Made by a program: the position numbers and the translations under genes. Positions 42,986-54,708 of a stretch of 64,000 nt of DNA are shown here, piece by piece. The notes below the pieces were generated by a model. It saw only the letters and a list, made by a program, of their open reading frames with translations. It made no database searches and was not told where the DNA came from. The first letter of the stretch is position 1; each line of letters starts with the position of its first letter. Source of the stretch: Naegleria gruberi (taxonomy: Eukaryota); assembly GCA_000004985.1 (NCBI GenBank), contig GG738889.1; one strand, 5' to 3'.

Positions 42986-44482
42986 ATGCAATGTTCCATC
43001 TGTGAGGGAAGCATCAAGAGACAACAATTCGTTTGTGCAGCTTGCACGCTGGAAGCCATCAGGGGCAAATCGGAATTATATGCAAAATTACTGAAAAAAC
43101 GTAACGAATTGAAGGAAAGGCTTGAAAAGGAGATTTTAAACGATCAACAACAATTAACGGTTCTTCAGAGGAATGTAAGAAATCAGAAGGAGAAGAATAG
43201 GCTCCTGAAGGAGTATATTAAGCAAATACAACATGAAAATACAAATCAAGAACAATTATGTAAGAAAATGTTTGATGATCAAACGAAAAGAAAGGAAGAA
43301 TTTGAACAGGCTAGAAATTCTCTGAGAAATATTATTCAGGAGAATAGAGGGAGTATGGAAACTCAATATCAGAGTTTGAAAGGATTTAATTCGGAAAAGT
43401 TTGAAAAGATGAGAAGAACAAGTTGTTTCAGTCTTTTTCAATCATTTCCGATTTCTACAAATTCTGGGAAAATCATCACTCAAGCTAAAAGTACAAACAA
43501 ATTAGTATTACATATTCAATGCGATCCAAGTAGTAAGGAGTTGTATTTCTTGCAAAGAGATTTTAAATTGCCAATTTCTGTAATTTCGGAAGGATTTGAT
43601 TTTATTGAAGCAATTGCAAAATTTGATTCTTTTGATTATTATACACAAAAGGCATTGAATGAAGTTGGATCGTTTAAAGACACTTGGCCTTCTTCACAGA
43701 ATTTATCAGCCATGCTTGGATATTTAGTACTTGTCATTCAGCAATTATCACAAATTTTAGAAATACCTGTTCCATATGAAATGGAGTATAGAGGATGTAA
43801 ATCAATTATTTATGATTTGATTGGATCTGAATTGAGGAGAAAGAGAATTGCAGAACAAATGGAAAAACAGGATATGAATGATTCTAATATTTCTTCTGCA
43901 TCAATCGTATATTCAGAATCAGACTTGTACACTACTATTGTTGAACCAAAATTCAAGACTTATCCATTATTTGATCCTGGAAGTAATACTTTGGGATCGC
44001 CAGCAAGTGGTGAATCATTCCCGACAAACTTATTACTCTCTACTGAATCGTTGACTAGTAGTTCTTCTGATATATTATCCAGTTCAAGCAACTCAAGGGA
44101 GGGCTTTGTTAGAGCTGTTGAATTATTGAACGATAATGTTATTGCCATCTGCCATGGTCAAGGTATTATGGTGTCAGAAATCAATAGCAGAAACCTAATG
44201 CATAATTTATTGACTTTATATCATTATGAAAATATTGGTTGTGTAGGACCTTTCTTGTACACTTCCAAGGTTAAGAAAACAGAGGAAATTGCGGACATAT
44301 CTGTATTCAAGACTAATATTAACGAAAATCACTATTTTATTGTAAATGAGGTGGCACAAGAAGTAATTATGAAAAAAATTATTGTACATAGTAAGGAAAC
44401 AATTTCAACACAAACAATCAAGAATAATTCGGTAATATCAGGACATCTCAAAGAGGATTATCTTGATAAGGATGATGAATAA
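42986..44482 (+). CDS. Atg14/UVRAG-like protein (N-terminal CxxC-x-CxxC + coiled coil)
   Basis: MQCSICEGSIKRQQFVCAACTLEAI followed by a ~130-aa coiled coil, as in the Atg14/Barkor N-terminus. ATG at 42986; the ORF-track start is TTG. Confidence 0.4.
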   Translation: MQCSICEGSIKRQQFVCAACTLEAIRGKSELYAKLLKKRNELKERLEKEILNDQQQLTVLQRNVRNQKEKNRLLKEYIKQIQHENTNQEQLCKKMFDDQTKRKEEFEQARNSLRNIIQENRGSMETQYQSLKGFNSEKFEKMRRTSCFSLFQSFPISTNSGKIITQAKSTNKLVLHIQCDPSSKELYFLQRDFKLPISVISEGFDFIEAIAKFDSFDYYTQKALNEVGSFKDTWPSSQNLSAMLGYLVLVIQQLSQILEIPVPYEMEYRGCKSIIYDLIGSELRRKRIAEQMEKQDMNDSNISSASIVYSESDLYTTIVEPKFKTYPLFDPGSNTLGSPASGESFPTNLLLSTESLTSSSSDILSSSSNSREGFVRAVELLNDNVIAICHGQGIMVSEINSRNLMHNLLTLYHYENIGCVGPFLYTSKVKKTEEIADISVFKTNINENHYFIVNEVAQEVIMKKIIVHSKETISTQTIKNNSVISGHLKEDYLDKDDE

Positions 44483-44486
44483 ATAT

Positions 44487-47400
44487 TTACTCATCTCTTT
44501 CAAAGAATCTAGTTGATTCATTAATGACATTATGATGATTAGAATCTGAAATCTCACGATTCTTCTGACAACTTAATGTTACACTTATCAAAACAATAAC
44601 AATTAAGAAAACTGGAATAACAGCTGCTGCTCCAAACAGGAAAGAACTTATGCTAAACCAATCATCTCCTTGTTCAGAATTCCATAAATCGAGACTGAAT
44701 GTTCTAATTTCGCCTGGTTTAAGAATGATCTTGGTAAAGTTTAGATTTTTCGTAGCATAATTTAGCGACATTGTCATTTCCACAATATTACTAATAAAGT
44801 AATCAGAGAATATTGCCTGTGGATATAATGTGACTGGTTTTGAATGAATTAAACTTTCTTGGGCTTCATAAATATGTTGAAGTCTGAGAGCAGTAAATCT
44901 TTGGTTAGGTGTAGTAACATTATTTCTGGTTTGAAGTGAAAGAAGGTGAATGTTTGATGGCAACTCATTGAGGAATCTCGATTCAGAATTGAATTTTCCA
45001 ACATAGGTAAGGACAGCCTCTTTAATGTCGCTATCAGTGGCAAGTGAGGCGTACAATGAAATAGAGTTAGAAAACATTCTCAAAGCAGGGGCATTGAATA
45101 ATTTTGAAATGGTTGGTCTATAATTACTCGAGTCAGATGGTGGAGCTAAAAGAATTCTTAATGGAATAGTAACTGTTTGCGTTACATTAAGATTTTCACC
45201 TAAACCACGATCGTCATCAGTTAAAGTGTTTCTGTTCAACATGAATTCAATTGATCCATTTCTAAGACTTGCAACTCCTGCTGCTTGTCTGGTGAATAAC
45301 GTTAATTGGATATCATTTGATCTGATGAATGATGATTCCACTATTGGATAGTAGTTACCAGCAATTTTGTTAAAGAAGTAGCTATCATTAAATCTTGATG
45401 GTGCATACGGACGTTCAATCATTTCATACCCATTGCTGTCTGTGTAAAGAGTTGTTTGTACATCTCCTAAACTGAACTCGGTGATCATTTCCTTATTATC
45501 TCCTGTTTGAGCACTTGTAGACATGTCTAATACAAAGCCATTTTCTGGAATGTTATATTCATTGTAAATCACAAAAGTTTGAGTGACATTGTTTGTATAT
45601 CTCTGGCTCAATGATTGAACAACTTTTCCATTGGAAATAATACAATCAAGATATTCAGTTTCGAACACTAAATCTTGTGCATAACCTGTTGTTCTCAAAA
45701 TATAGGCACCATCTCCATAAGAGACGTATTGGGCAATCTTTTGTGAAATTGTAGTGGTTGTTCCAGTATATTTGTTAGTAATAGATTTGAGGACGTATGG
45801 AAGTTTTCCATTTGTCAACTCAAATGTTGCCTTGATGTAACCATTTTCCATATTCACAACATTTTCATATTGTGTTTGCTTCTTTTCAATTGTTGTTGCT
45901 TTAAAGTCTTGTTGAATTATGAAATAGGTTGAGAATCCGACAGGAACTACAGAAGCTTTAAAGTAAAGATAGGTGGTTCCATCAATTTCCTTAACTACAT
46001 CAGAATCTATTTGTGTTACATCTCCAGTTTCTCGTGAGTAATAATAAACAGAAATAGAGTTGGCCTTGACTGGAATTTTGATATATTCTTGGGTTGTCCA
46101 TCCAAGAGAGTTGAATAGGGTGAGAGCATAGATTGGTTTCTTTTCATCTAGTAACAGGGATTGGTCGAGAGAAACATTTAGCAAATCTTTTGTAACACCT
46201 CTAGTTGCTACATATTCGAAAATCAAAGAAGTCTTATTCTTTAGGGCAACAGTTGCATTTTGAATAATATCCGTATAGTTTTTAAGAACAAATCTCTTTT
46301 CAGTACCTGTTATGGCATCATGATGCAGTGCTAAAGCCACAGAATTTCTCATATATTGCAATGCTTCTTCAGCTTGATTGAGATCTTTTTCAATATTTCT
46401 ATTGAGACTTGTCTCAACCTTATAAAGTTCACTTTGACAAGCTGTAAAGATCATTTCACAATTTCTTAAAAGTCTTTCGCTTTCTCTAACTAATTGTTTA
46501 AATTGAGGTTCAGACACGAAATATCCACTCCAATAGGCAATACAATCACCAAATTGATCCTCATCGACTCCCCAACAAGTTGGATATGGGAAGTAGTCGC
46601 TATAGGAATCACTGTTATATGTTTTTACAGGGAATACATTTGGATTGGTTTTGTTATGGACTTGTTCAAAATATTCTGAGAGAGTAGAATATCTCATATT
46701 AACACCAAATCTTTGGAAATTCTTGTTAATGTAAGAAATAAGTAAATCCATATTGTCAAACATGAGATTTGCCTTTTGGAATCTGAAATCGTTTCCAAAT
46801 GGTATCAACACGTTGTTGGTTCTGTAGGTCTTGGAAACGTTTCTCATGTAATCAACAAGTAAGGAAGCTCTTGCATCAATATTTTCATTAGTTATTGGAG
46901 GATTGCTTGCAGGGTCAGATTCAAAATCAAAACCTGTACACGTTCCGTCATTGAAACAAATTTCTGGTGCACTGTAATGATGTTCTAAAACATGTGTGAA
47001 AATGCATGAATTTGGATCTGAATGTGAAGGACACCATTCCCATTCGAAATGCTTTTCAATAGCATATGTTCCACTTCCAGGAATTTCCCTATATTTATGT
47101 TTCAATCTTTCATCAATTCTATCAACAACATGATATTTGAATCCCATTTTAGATAATAAATAAGCAAAGGTACGAGAAGCTCCAAATGGATCAATTTGCC
47201 AACCAACTTGAATATCTGCTCCAATTACTTTTTGTACAAATTGATGACCTTGAGTCATTTGATCTATTATTGCAGAATAAGTAGGAAGGGCTTCATCTGT
47301 CATAACATATCCTCCATTCACTATTTCTATTTGTTTGTTATGAACTAATTTTTTGAATGCATCTCTCTGGGTCTGTGTACTATTATTCCACCACATTTCA

Positions 47401-47738
47401 AGGAAACCAGATTCTGACCAAATAAATCGTTTTTGTGGATCAGCATTCAAATACTTGATCACATTATCAATGATCACAGTTACATTATATTTCGAATAAA
47501 AGTTTACAGTCTCCAACCATCCCAAATCACAATGAGAATGAGCAACAATAAAAGCATTCACAACTGAATCCGAATTTTCTTTTAATTCATCAAATTCCAC
47601 TTCTTGATGCCTATTATTACTCTTTGCTTTAGCACATTCAACCCTATTCGGAATTTCCAGCCCCACAAATAATATTACAACAATTATTAATACTACTAAT
47701 ACATTAATATACAAAGGTCGCTTTTTTCCATTGACCAT
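44487..47738 (-). CDS. GH38 class II alpha-mannosidase (lysosomal type) with N-terminal signal anchor and C-terminal TM segment
   Basis: GH38 N-terminal motifs AHSHCDLGWLET and RFIWSESGFLEMWW; central and C-terminal GH38 domains. ATG at 47738 precedes a hydrophobic stretch LYINVLVVLIIVVILFVGL. A second hydrophobic segment lies near the C-terminus. Confidence 0.85.
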   Translation of the reverse strand: MVNGKKRPLYINVLVVLIIVVILFVGLEIPNRVECAKAKSNNRHQEVEFDELKENSDSVVNAFIVAHSHCDLGWLETVNFYSKYNVTVIIDNVIKYLNADPQKRFIWSESGFLEMWWNNSTQTQRDAFKKLVHNKQIEIVNGGYVMTDEALPTYSAIIDQMTQGHQFVQKVIGADIQVGWQIDPFGASRTFAYLLSKMGFKYHVVDRIDERLKHKYREIPGSGTYAIEKHFEWEWCPSHSDPNSCIFTHVLEHHYSAPEICFNDGTCTGFDFESDPASNPPITNENIDARASLLVDYMRNVSKTYRTNNVLIPFGNDFRFQKANLMFDNMDLLISYINKNFQRFGVNMRYSTLSEYFEQVHNKTNPNVFPVKTYNSDSYSDYFPYPTCWGVDEDQFGDCIAYWSGYFVSEPQFKQLVRESERLLRNCEMIFTACQSELYKVETSLNRNIEKDLNQAEEALQYMRNSVALALHHDAITGTEKRFVLKNYTDIIQNATVALKNKTSLIFEYVATRGVTKDLLNVSLDQSLLLDEKKPIYALTLFNSLGWTTQEYIKIPVKANSISVYYYSRETGDVTQIDSDVVKEIDGTTYLYFKASVVPVGFSTYFIIQQDFKATTIEKKQTQYENVVNMENGYIKATFELTNGKLPYVLKSITNKYTGTTTTISQKIAQYVSYGDGAYILRTTGYAQDLVFETEYLDCIISNGKVVQSLSQRYTNNVTQTFVIYNEYNIPENGFVLDMSTSAQTGDNKEMITEFSLGDVQTTLYTDSNGYEMIERPYAPSRFNDSYFFNKIAGNYYPIVESSFIRSNDIQLTLFTRQAAGVASLRNGSIEFMLNRNTLTDDDRGLGENLNVTQTVTIPLRILLAPPSDSSNYRPTISKLFNAPALRMFSNSISLYASLATDSDIKEAVLTYVGKFNSESRFLNELPSNIHLLSLQTRNNVTTPNQRFTALRLQHIYEAQESLIHSKPVTLYPQAIFSDYFISNIVEMTMSLNYATKNLNFTKIILKPGEIRTFSLDLWNSEQGDDWFSISSFLFGAAAVIPVFLIVIVLISVTLSCQKNREISDSNHHNVINESTRFFERDE

Positions 47739-48187
47739 CACCAATGGAAGCCTTGAAGAGTTGGTTGTAATAGGATGAAAATTTCCCGCCAAGCTCGAGA
47801 GATGAAAACATTTTTTTTTAATTGATTTGATCAAGTTTTGTATTTTTTGAATTGTTTTTAAAAAGGATTTGTTTTTAAATTGTGTATTGTTTATAACGAG
47901 AAAATAGTATTTCCTTAAAGGGTTATCTGAATATTTTAATAAATTAATATTTATAGATTGAAGAATATTTTACAAAATTAAATAATTAAATGTTTATGAA
48001 ATAGAGCAATTTGTTAATTGGAATAGAATAAATTCCGACTATTGTCTTTAGTTACACCTAGGTGGCCATGTTAGGAATTATGGAGGCCCATTTTCCTAAA
48101 TAGTCTTTTAATTCCCATTTAGAAACCAGAAAAATCAACAATTTATAATCAATTTCACATTTCACAATCAAAAAAAAAATAAAAGCA

Positions 48188-49225
48188 ATGAATTGGTTCT
48201 ACAATCTCATCAGAAAAACACCAACTCCTCCCTTTGATCCTTCATTCACCAAAGTTTGTCTAGTAACTGGTTCATCTTCGGGAATTGGTTTAGAAACTGC
48301 CAAATTAATGTACTCGAGTGGATTTAACATTGTGTTAGCTTGTAGGAATGTGAAGAAGGCAGAGGCAGTGAAGAATGATTTTGAAAAGATTGAATTTCCT
48401 TCCAGAAATTCTGCAATGAAACCTCAGATTACAATTTTAGAGATGGATTTGGCTGATTTTGACAGTGTTTCGAATGCATGTAAAGGTAAGTTTCTCTAAA
48501 TGATAAGAGTTGTTTAATAATGAATGTTGAAAGAGTTTGGAAATGCATTTGATAGATTGGATGTATTGGTGAATAATGCTGGAACTTGGAATGGATTTTC
48601 CAAGGATAATTTGATTGGAATTACAAAGCAAGGATTCAGTGTCACTTATCAAACAAGTCATTTGGCTCATTTCTACTTGACAAGAGAGTTACTACCATTC
48701 ATTATTAATTCTTCCAAGATTACTAATAAGCCAGGTAGAATTATCAATGTTAGTAGTGGGCTACACCTCTATGCAATGAATCAGATCAATAAGAAATCTG
48801 ATTCTCTTTCGGATTTGGAATGGGAAAAGAGAATGGTAAATGAACATGGAGATAATTTCAATTCTCAACTATATCAATACATGTATGTGAAACTCCTGAA
48901 TGTAATGTTTGCCAAACATCTTTCCAGAATGTACACTGATAAGGAAATTCTTTCTTTCAGTTGTCATCCTGGTCCAATTTCAAGCGATTTTTATAGAGAT
49001 TGGTCTAGCTTACTGAAATTCTCATTGAATTTCATGACCATTCCTTCTGTTTATGGAGCATTCACTAGTTGCTACTTGGCCACAAGTGAAGATCCAATTA
49101 TTTTGTCTAATAATGGAAATTATTTTGATAATTGTTCTATTGCAAAATATCATAAACTTGTTGACGATGTTGAACAATGTAAATTGATATGGGAAAAAAG
49201 TGAAAAGCAATTGAACGATTTATAA
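48188..49225 (+). CDS. short-chain dehydrogenase/reductase (SDR), 2 exons
   Basis: Rossmann motif VCLVTGSSSGIGLETAK, LVNNAG, and YxxxK (YMYVK). The 48-nt intron at 48486-48533 (GTAAGTTTCT...TGAAAG) joins ...ACK to EFGNAFDRLDVLVNNAG in phase. Confidence 0.8.
48486..48533 (+). other. 48-nt spliceosomal intron (in-frame stop if retained)
   Basis: GTAAGTTTCTCTAAATGATAAG...GTTGAAAG. Confidence 0.7.
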
Positions 49226-49328
49226 CCTTGAACTTGTTTATTTTAACTCAATTCAGAAACAAGATATTTTATTGTAAAGCACTTATAACATATTTAATAA
49301 TATTAAATACAAAAATATTTTAAAAAAA

Positions 49329-52300
49329 ATGAGTCAACTTGGAGAGGATTCTTTTCCTGCTGCTAATGAAGGCGATTACTTGCCGATCATTAAACCCTCA
49401 ACCGATAGGAGAGATTATAAAATTATAAAATTGGCTAATGAATTGGAAATAATTTTGTGTCATGATCCTGAGGCTTTAATTGCCTCCGCAGCTATGAATG
49501 TAAAAGGTAATTAGAAATTTAATAACATGTTTTGGAGTGATGATGATGGTGATGGTGGTGGAATGTAATAGTTGGTCATATGAGTGATCCGAGTGATTTT
49601 CCAGGTATGGCCCACTTTGTTGAGCACATGACCTTTATTTCGAGTAAAAAGTATCCAATCGAGGGTGAATATAAGGATTTTCTGAAGAAACGTGGAGGAG
49701 CAACCAATGCATCGACCTCCGCTGAAAAGACAACCTATTATTTTACAATATCGAATGATTATTTGGAAGAAGCTTTGGATAGATTTGCTCAATTTTTCAT
49801 TTCTCCAACATTTTCTGAACATCAAATCAATAGAGAAGTCGAGGCAATTAATAGTGAATTTAAAAAGAATTTACAATTGGAAGAAAGAAGACTCTATCAA
49901 TTGATGAAAAATTCGTCAAATCCACTGCATCCATTTAGAAAATTTGGAACTGGAAATACAATTTCATTGAAAACCGAACCTGAAATGAAAAATTTAAACT
50001 CGAGAGAGCACATGATTGAATTTTTTGAAAAATACTATTCTAGTAATCAAATGAAATTATCAATTATTGGAAATTATCCATTTGAAATATTAGAACAATG
50101 GGCAAGAAATTCATTTTCTGAAATACGAAACAATAATATGCAAACATACAAGTATTATCCAAGTTCAGTTGAGCCATTTAACAATGAAAATCTGGCCAGA
50201 TTATACAAATATATTCCAATATCTGACAGTCCTGTTCTCACCATCATGTTCCCCATCAATATTTCATATCCTGTTGAGGAGATGGGAAGAAATATGTACT
50301 ACAAACAAAGCTCGATAACTATGCTCAACAACTTGCTAGGTCATGAAGGTAAAGGATCTCTTTATTCTAAATTTCGAGCTGAAGGACTGGCTCAAAGTGT
50401 AGAGTCATACTATTACAGTTATGGAGGTGTTAGTGATCCAAACACATCTTTTTATTTCCTAATTGTTAAAGTCGAGTTGACAAAAAAGGGAGAAGATAAA
50501 TGGCAATCAATGATAGAGGATATTTTCGAATATATCAGCATGTTGAAAAAGGATGGAATACCAAAATACTTTTTTGATGAACTTAGTCAAATGAAAAAGC
50601 TAGCCTTTGAGAATGCTCAGTTTACCTCCACCCATGCCTCTAATTTGGCATCGAGTCTTCAACTTCACCTTCCACATGAAGTCATATCTGCTAACTATCT
50701 TATTTATGAGTTGGATGAGGTTGATATTTCAAATGTGTTAGGACAATTACATGCAGAAAATATGAACATTTACATTTGTAGCAAGTCCTTTGCACAAGAT
50801 GAATTGAAACATACAGAGAGATGGTATGATATCAAGTACTCTACAGATAGATTGGATTTTGATTTTCTGAATTTATTAAAGATGAGTAAGATTAATTGCT
50901 CCAAAGAGTTACACCTTCCACCACAGAATATATATGTGCCTTATAATTTGGAACTTGTGGAGGAAGAATCTACCGTATATCCTGAAAAGATTGTAGATGC
51001 TGACACTATTCGAACTTGGTTCAAGAAGGATGATTACTTTAAAACTCCAAGAGGTGACATTATTGCTAACATTATCGTACCACAAAGCTATTCAGATCCA
51101 TCCAATGCTGTAATGGTTCAATTATTTTGTGATATGGTACAATATTCATTGAATGAAGAGTTATACATGATCAAACTTGCAAAAATTTCCACTGAAATTG
51201 AAATGAACAAGAGAGGTTTAGCGATTTCAACATCAGGTTTCAGTAATCATTTGGAAGATGTCATTTATGTAATGTTAAGAGAAATTGTGCACATGTTCGA
51301 TAATGTTGATACATGTTTTACTGAAAAAATGTTTGATTACATCAAGGAAAATAATGTTAGGTATTATCAGAACCAAAAGTTTAAGAGACAACCATATCAA
51401 TTTGCTAGTTCAGAATACATCAATTTCTCTTTGAGGGCATTTGATTATTCATATGAGGAGTTTGCGAATGCTTTAGAAAAAATTACACTGGAGCAATTCA
51501 AAGGATTTGTTAAATTTTGGAGTTTGACAATGACAGTTGAGTGTCTTATTCATGGTAACTTTAAAAAGGATTTGGCAATGAGACTATCTGATAATATAAC
51601 TAGAATTTTATTTGAAGAAAGAAACAAAAGACCAATGACGCCTCTCCCTTGTCAGGATTTACTTACCAATGTAGCTATTTATCCACCGAATAAGGATCTT
51701 GCTTTAGTAATTCCAAATCCAAATGAAACGAACGAAAATAGTGCAATTCTTTCCTGTTTCCATATTGGCCCGAGATGTATGAGGATGGATTGCATTTTGG
51801 AGCTTTTTGCACAAGTATCAAGTAGCAAATATTTCCAATATATGAGAACAGAAAATCAATTTGGATACATTGTTAGCAGCTATCAACAAATGATCCACAA
51901 TGCCTCCTTCTTTGCTTGTGTAGTTCAAACAGTTAAAGATGATTTGTATCACATCTTCCATGAGAATGATTTATTCTTTGAAAAATTTGGTAACCATTTG
52001 GAGGAAATTACAGATGAAAAGTTTACCGAAATTATTGAATCAATCATTTCCAAAAACTTGGAAAAAGAAAAGACAATGGCTCAACGATCCTCTCGATACG
52101 ATATTGAAATATACAGAAAGCAATACAGATTTGATAGATACCAACTGAAAGCTGAGGAATTTAAAACAATAACCAAGGATGATCTCATTAACTTTTATAG
52201 AGATTATATTTTGAAAAGTGGAAAGAATTTTGCAAGGGCTAGCTTTATTGTAACAAAGAAGGATTTGATTATTACATTCCCAGAAGAGAAAAACATTGAG

Positions 52301-52366
52301 CTCGTCAGAAATAAGGAAAATTTCAAACTAGGCCTATCATATCATCCACATTTCATTTATTATTGA
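49329..52366 (+). CDS. M16A zinc metalloendopeptidase (insulin-degrading enzyme / insulysin-like), 2 exons
   Basis: Inverzincin motif HFVEH...E. After removal of the 65-nt intron at 49507-49571 (GTAATTAG...GTAATAG), SAAMNVKVGHMSDPSDFPGMAHFVEHM aligns with IDE [27 protein letters not shown]. Four M16 domains follow. The stop codon is TGA. Confidence 0.85.
49507..49571 (+). other. 65-nt spliceosomal intron
   Basis: GTAATTAGAAATTT...GGAATGTAATAG. Splicing recreates the conserved IDE N-terminal active-site region. Confidence 0.75.
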
Positions 52367-52382
52367 TTAGCTTGAATGTTCA

Positions 52383-52868
52383 TCACTTTCTTTCAAAAGT
52401 TTGGTGAACAACATTTGCAATTTTCAATTCGTCCACAAGTTTAAAATCATTTTCAAATTCAGGAATGTCCAAATAAATACCCTCACCAAGAGTTTCGTCC
52501 ACTTTTGTAATAATACATTCATCTATTAATTTTTCAATAGCAAAAGTTTTCACCAATTGAGCTCCACCCATCAGCCAAATATTATCATTTTCCCCCTTTG
52601 CCTTCTCACTCAACAATTTATGCATAAATGTTTTGACATTTTCCTTTACAATTATAATATTATTGCGATTGGGTGGCATTTTCAAATGTTCTTGTTGAGT
52701 AAAAACAAAGGTTGTCTTGTTTGGCCATTCCCAATTTTCAAAATCAATTGATTGTTCATATGTTTTTCTTCCTGTCACTATTGTTGATATTCTATTCATG
52801 AGTTTGTCATATCCTAAATCCTCCATCTTGACTTTCCTCTTATTTAATAATTTGCTCATTTTTTTCAA
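52383..52868 (-). CDS. RibD C-terminal / DHFR-like reductase-domain protein (N-terminus unresolved)
   Basis: TGRKTYEQ, IWLMGGAQLVKTF and the C-terminal beta-strands match the PF01872 fold. The expected N-terminal SLDG-type motif is absent, so a 5' exon may be missing or the gene is truncated. Confidence 0.45.
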   Translation of the reverse strand: MKKMSKLLNKRKVKMEDLGYDKLMNRISTIVTGRKTYEQSIDFENWEWPNKTTFVFTQQEHLKMPPNRNNIIIVKENVKTFMHKLLSEKAKGENDNIWLMGGAQLVKTFAIEKLIDECIITKVDETLGEGIYLDIPEFENDFKLVDELKIANVVHQTFERK

Positions 52869-52939
52869 TTTGATTAGGATAGATCTTTGATATTCAAGAA
52901 GATGAAGTTGGTGAAAATCAAAATGCCTTTTTGATTGGC

Positions 52940-54584
52940 TTAATGTGAATATTGCATGTTTGGGGATTTTTCAGAATTTAACAAGGAATCGTTCTCTTGA
53001 TTGGTTGTTGCTGATGTTTCAGAATCATTTGATGTTTCTTTTTCCGAATGTTCATCCTTCTTTCGTTTAAATAATCTAGCTCCAATAGTGTTGAACATTT
53101 CCAAAAAATCAATTTCCACAATCGAAATTCCAGTCAAAATTAACATGACTAGTGCTATTGAGAATGTGGTGAGTAGTGCATTTGTAACCTCTTTCGCTGG
53201 AACACTTCTTGCAATAGTTAATAAGAACGATACATCAAGGATAATTGTAATGAAAATTGATAATGCTATCATTTTTCCAGTCTATTGTAAATTCCAATTG
53301 TTTCAATTATTCATAAATCTCTTAAAAACTTACACCTGTTTGGAAAATATTAATATCTGAAACCTTTTTCAAAGCCAAATGCATCCAAATCAATTGAAAT
53401 GTCATTACTAATACAGTGAGGGCACATATAGAAACCATGAAATAACTTGTAGCTTTCATATTTGTTATTATATCCACTGCACTGATTCCCATTAATCCAA
53501 TAACAAGTATAGCAAAGACAGCACCAATCAATATGTTAAGTCCATTCTTTGGCTTGGTATGGGTAATGGCATACACTACAGTGACATACTTGTTTCTCGA
53601 CATGACAACTAGTGCCATAAATGTGAATAGTATCGCAAAGGCAGTGAAAATATTTGCAACCCCATAAATATCGAACACTTCCAACATTACTGAAATAAAT
53701 AACATGAAAGATCCAGATCCTGTCAGTAGTAATACTACACTCTTTCCCTTAGTATTTCTATTATAGAATTCTATTGCTCTATAGGGAAAGATGATCAATG
53801 CAAGCAAATTGAATGAAACTGTGAGGATCAATTTGAAAGCCATCAATCCGTAATTGATAAAAATGTCAACTTTAGATGAAAGGCATCTCAATGAAAACAT
53901 ATCACTCTTTGAACAATAGCATCCATATACATATGGAAAAAAATTATCATTTTCCTTTTTCATTACTACTGGAATCCCCAACTCTTCAAGTCCACAAAAA
54001 AACTTTGATTTTGGAAAGTTGTCAATCACAAAACCAACCTGTCTGAAATAACTATTTTCTGTTTTTGCATTTACCTTATTCAAATACCTATCACTTCCAC
54101 AATAGAAACAATAATTAATCCATTGATAAGTATCAAATCCAGTTTCCTTCAAATATTTCTCTTCAAAATCTGACACGTAAAACTGAAAGCTTGTTTGGTT
54201 GAATAAATTCTTGCATTGATATTTCTCATTACTTGCCTCCCAAATCCTCATCGATCGACAAATATCAATTTCATCTCCCAAAGTCGGAAAGGAAAACAAC
54301 AAATCATAGCTTAATGTATTTCTTCCGATATCAAACATAATTGTCTTGGGAATGATAGCACTCGAACAGAATAATTCTAATTTATCTTTATAATCGATAT
54401 AGGTGTACGGAGATCCATAATCAAATGATGATATACGTTCTGATGAATTACATTGAAACTTGGCATTATTAAATGTTGGCAATGAGCAGTGAGTAATGGA
54501 TGCAGCACCGATAAGTATTAACATCAAGAGAGTGGGTATTTTCGGATCAAAAATGTTATTTGTGAATGGATGACGAAAGGGCAT
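52940..54584 (-). CDS. 7-TM receptor-like protein with Cys-rich extracellular N-terminal domain, 2 exons
   Basis: Signal peptide, a ~230-aa ectodomain with about 14 Cys, then five TM helices in exon 1 (53334-54584). A 52-nt intron at 53282-53333 (GTAAGTTTTT...TACAATAG) joins it to exon 2 (52940-53281), which carries two more TM helices and a Ser/Thr-rich tail. Confidence 0.6.
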
Positions 54585-54708
54585 TGTTTGTTTTTTTTTA
54601 TTAAATTTTATTTTTGTTTTTTTAATTTTTCCGCATTCATATGGAACTTATATTTAAGGCAACAATTATTATAAATATACTTTAATACTTTACAAAAATA
54701 TTTAACGT

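Noticed and set aside
48056-48095. Palindromic ACCTAGGT / TGGCCA cluster in the mannosidase / SDR divergent spacer.
   Set aside because: These are short palindromes expected at low frequency by chance, and there is no second copy elsewhere in the window. Not enough to call a regulatory element.
52364-52366. Possibility that TGA is generally reassigned to sense, suggested by the in-frame TGA at 858.
   Set aside because: TGA terminates the M16 peptidase exactly where IDE homologues end, and terminates the last exon frame of other models. TAA dominance reflects AT bias. At most one locus is recoded.
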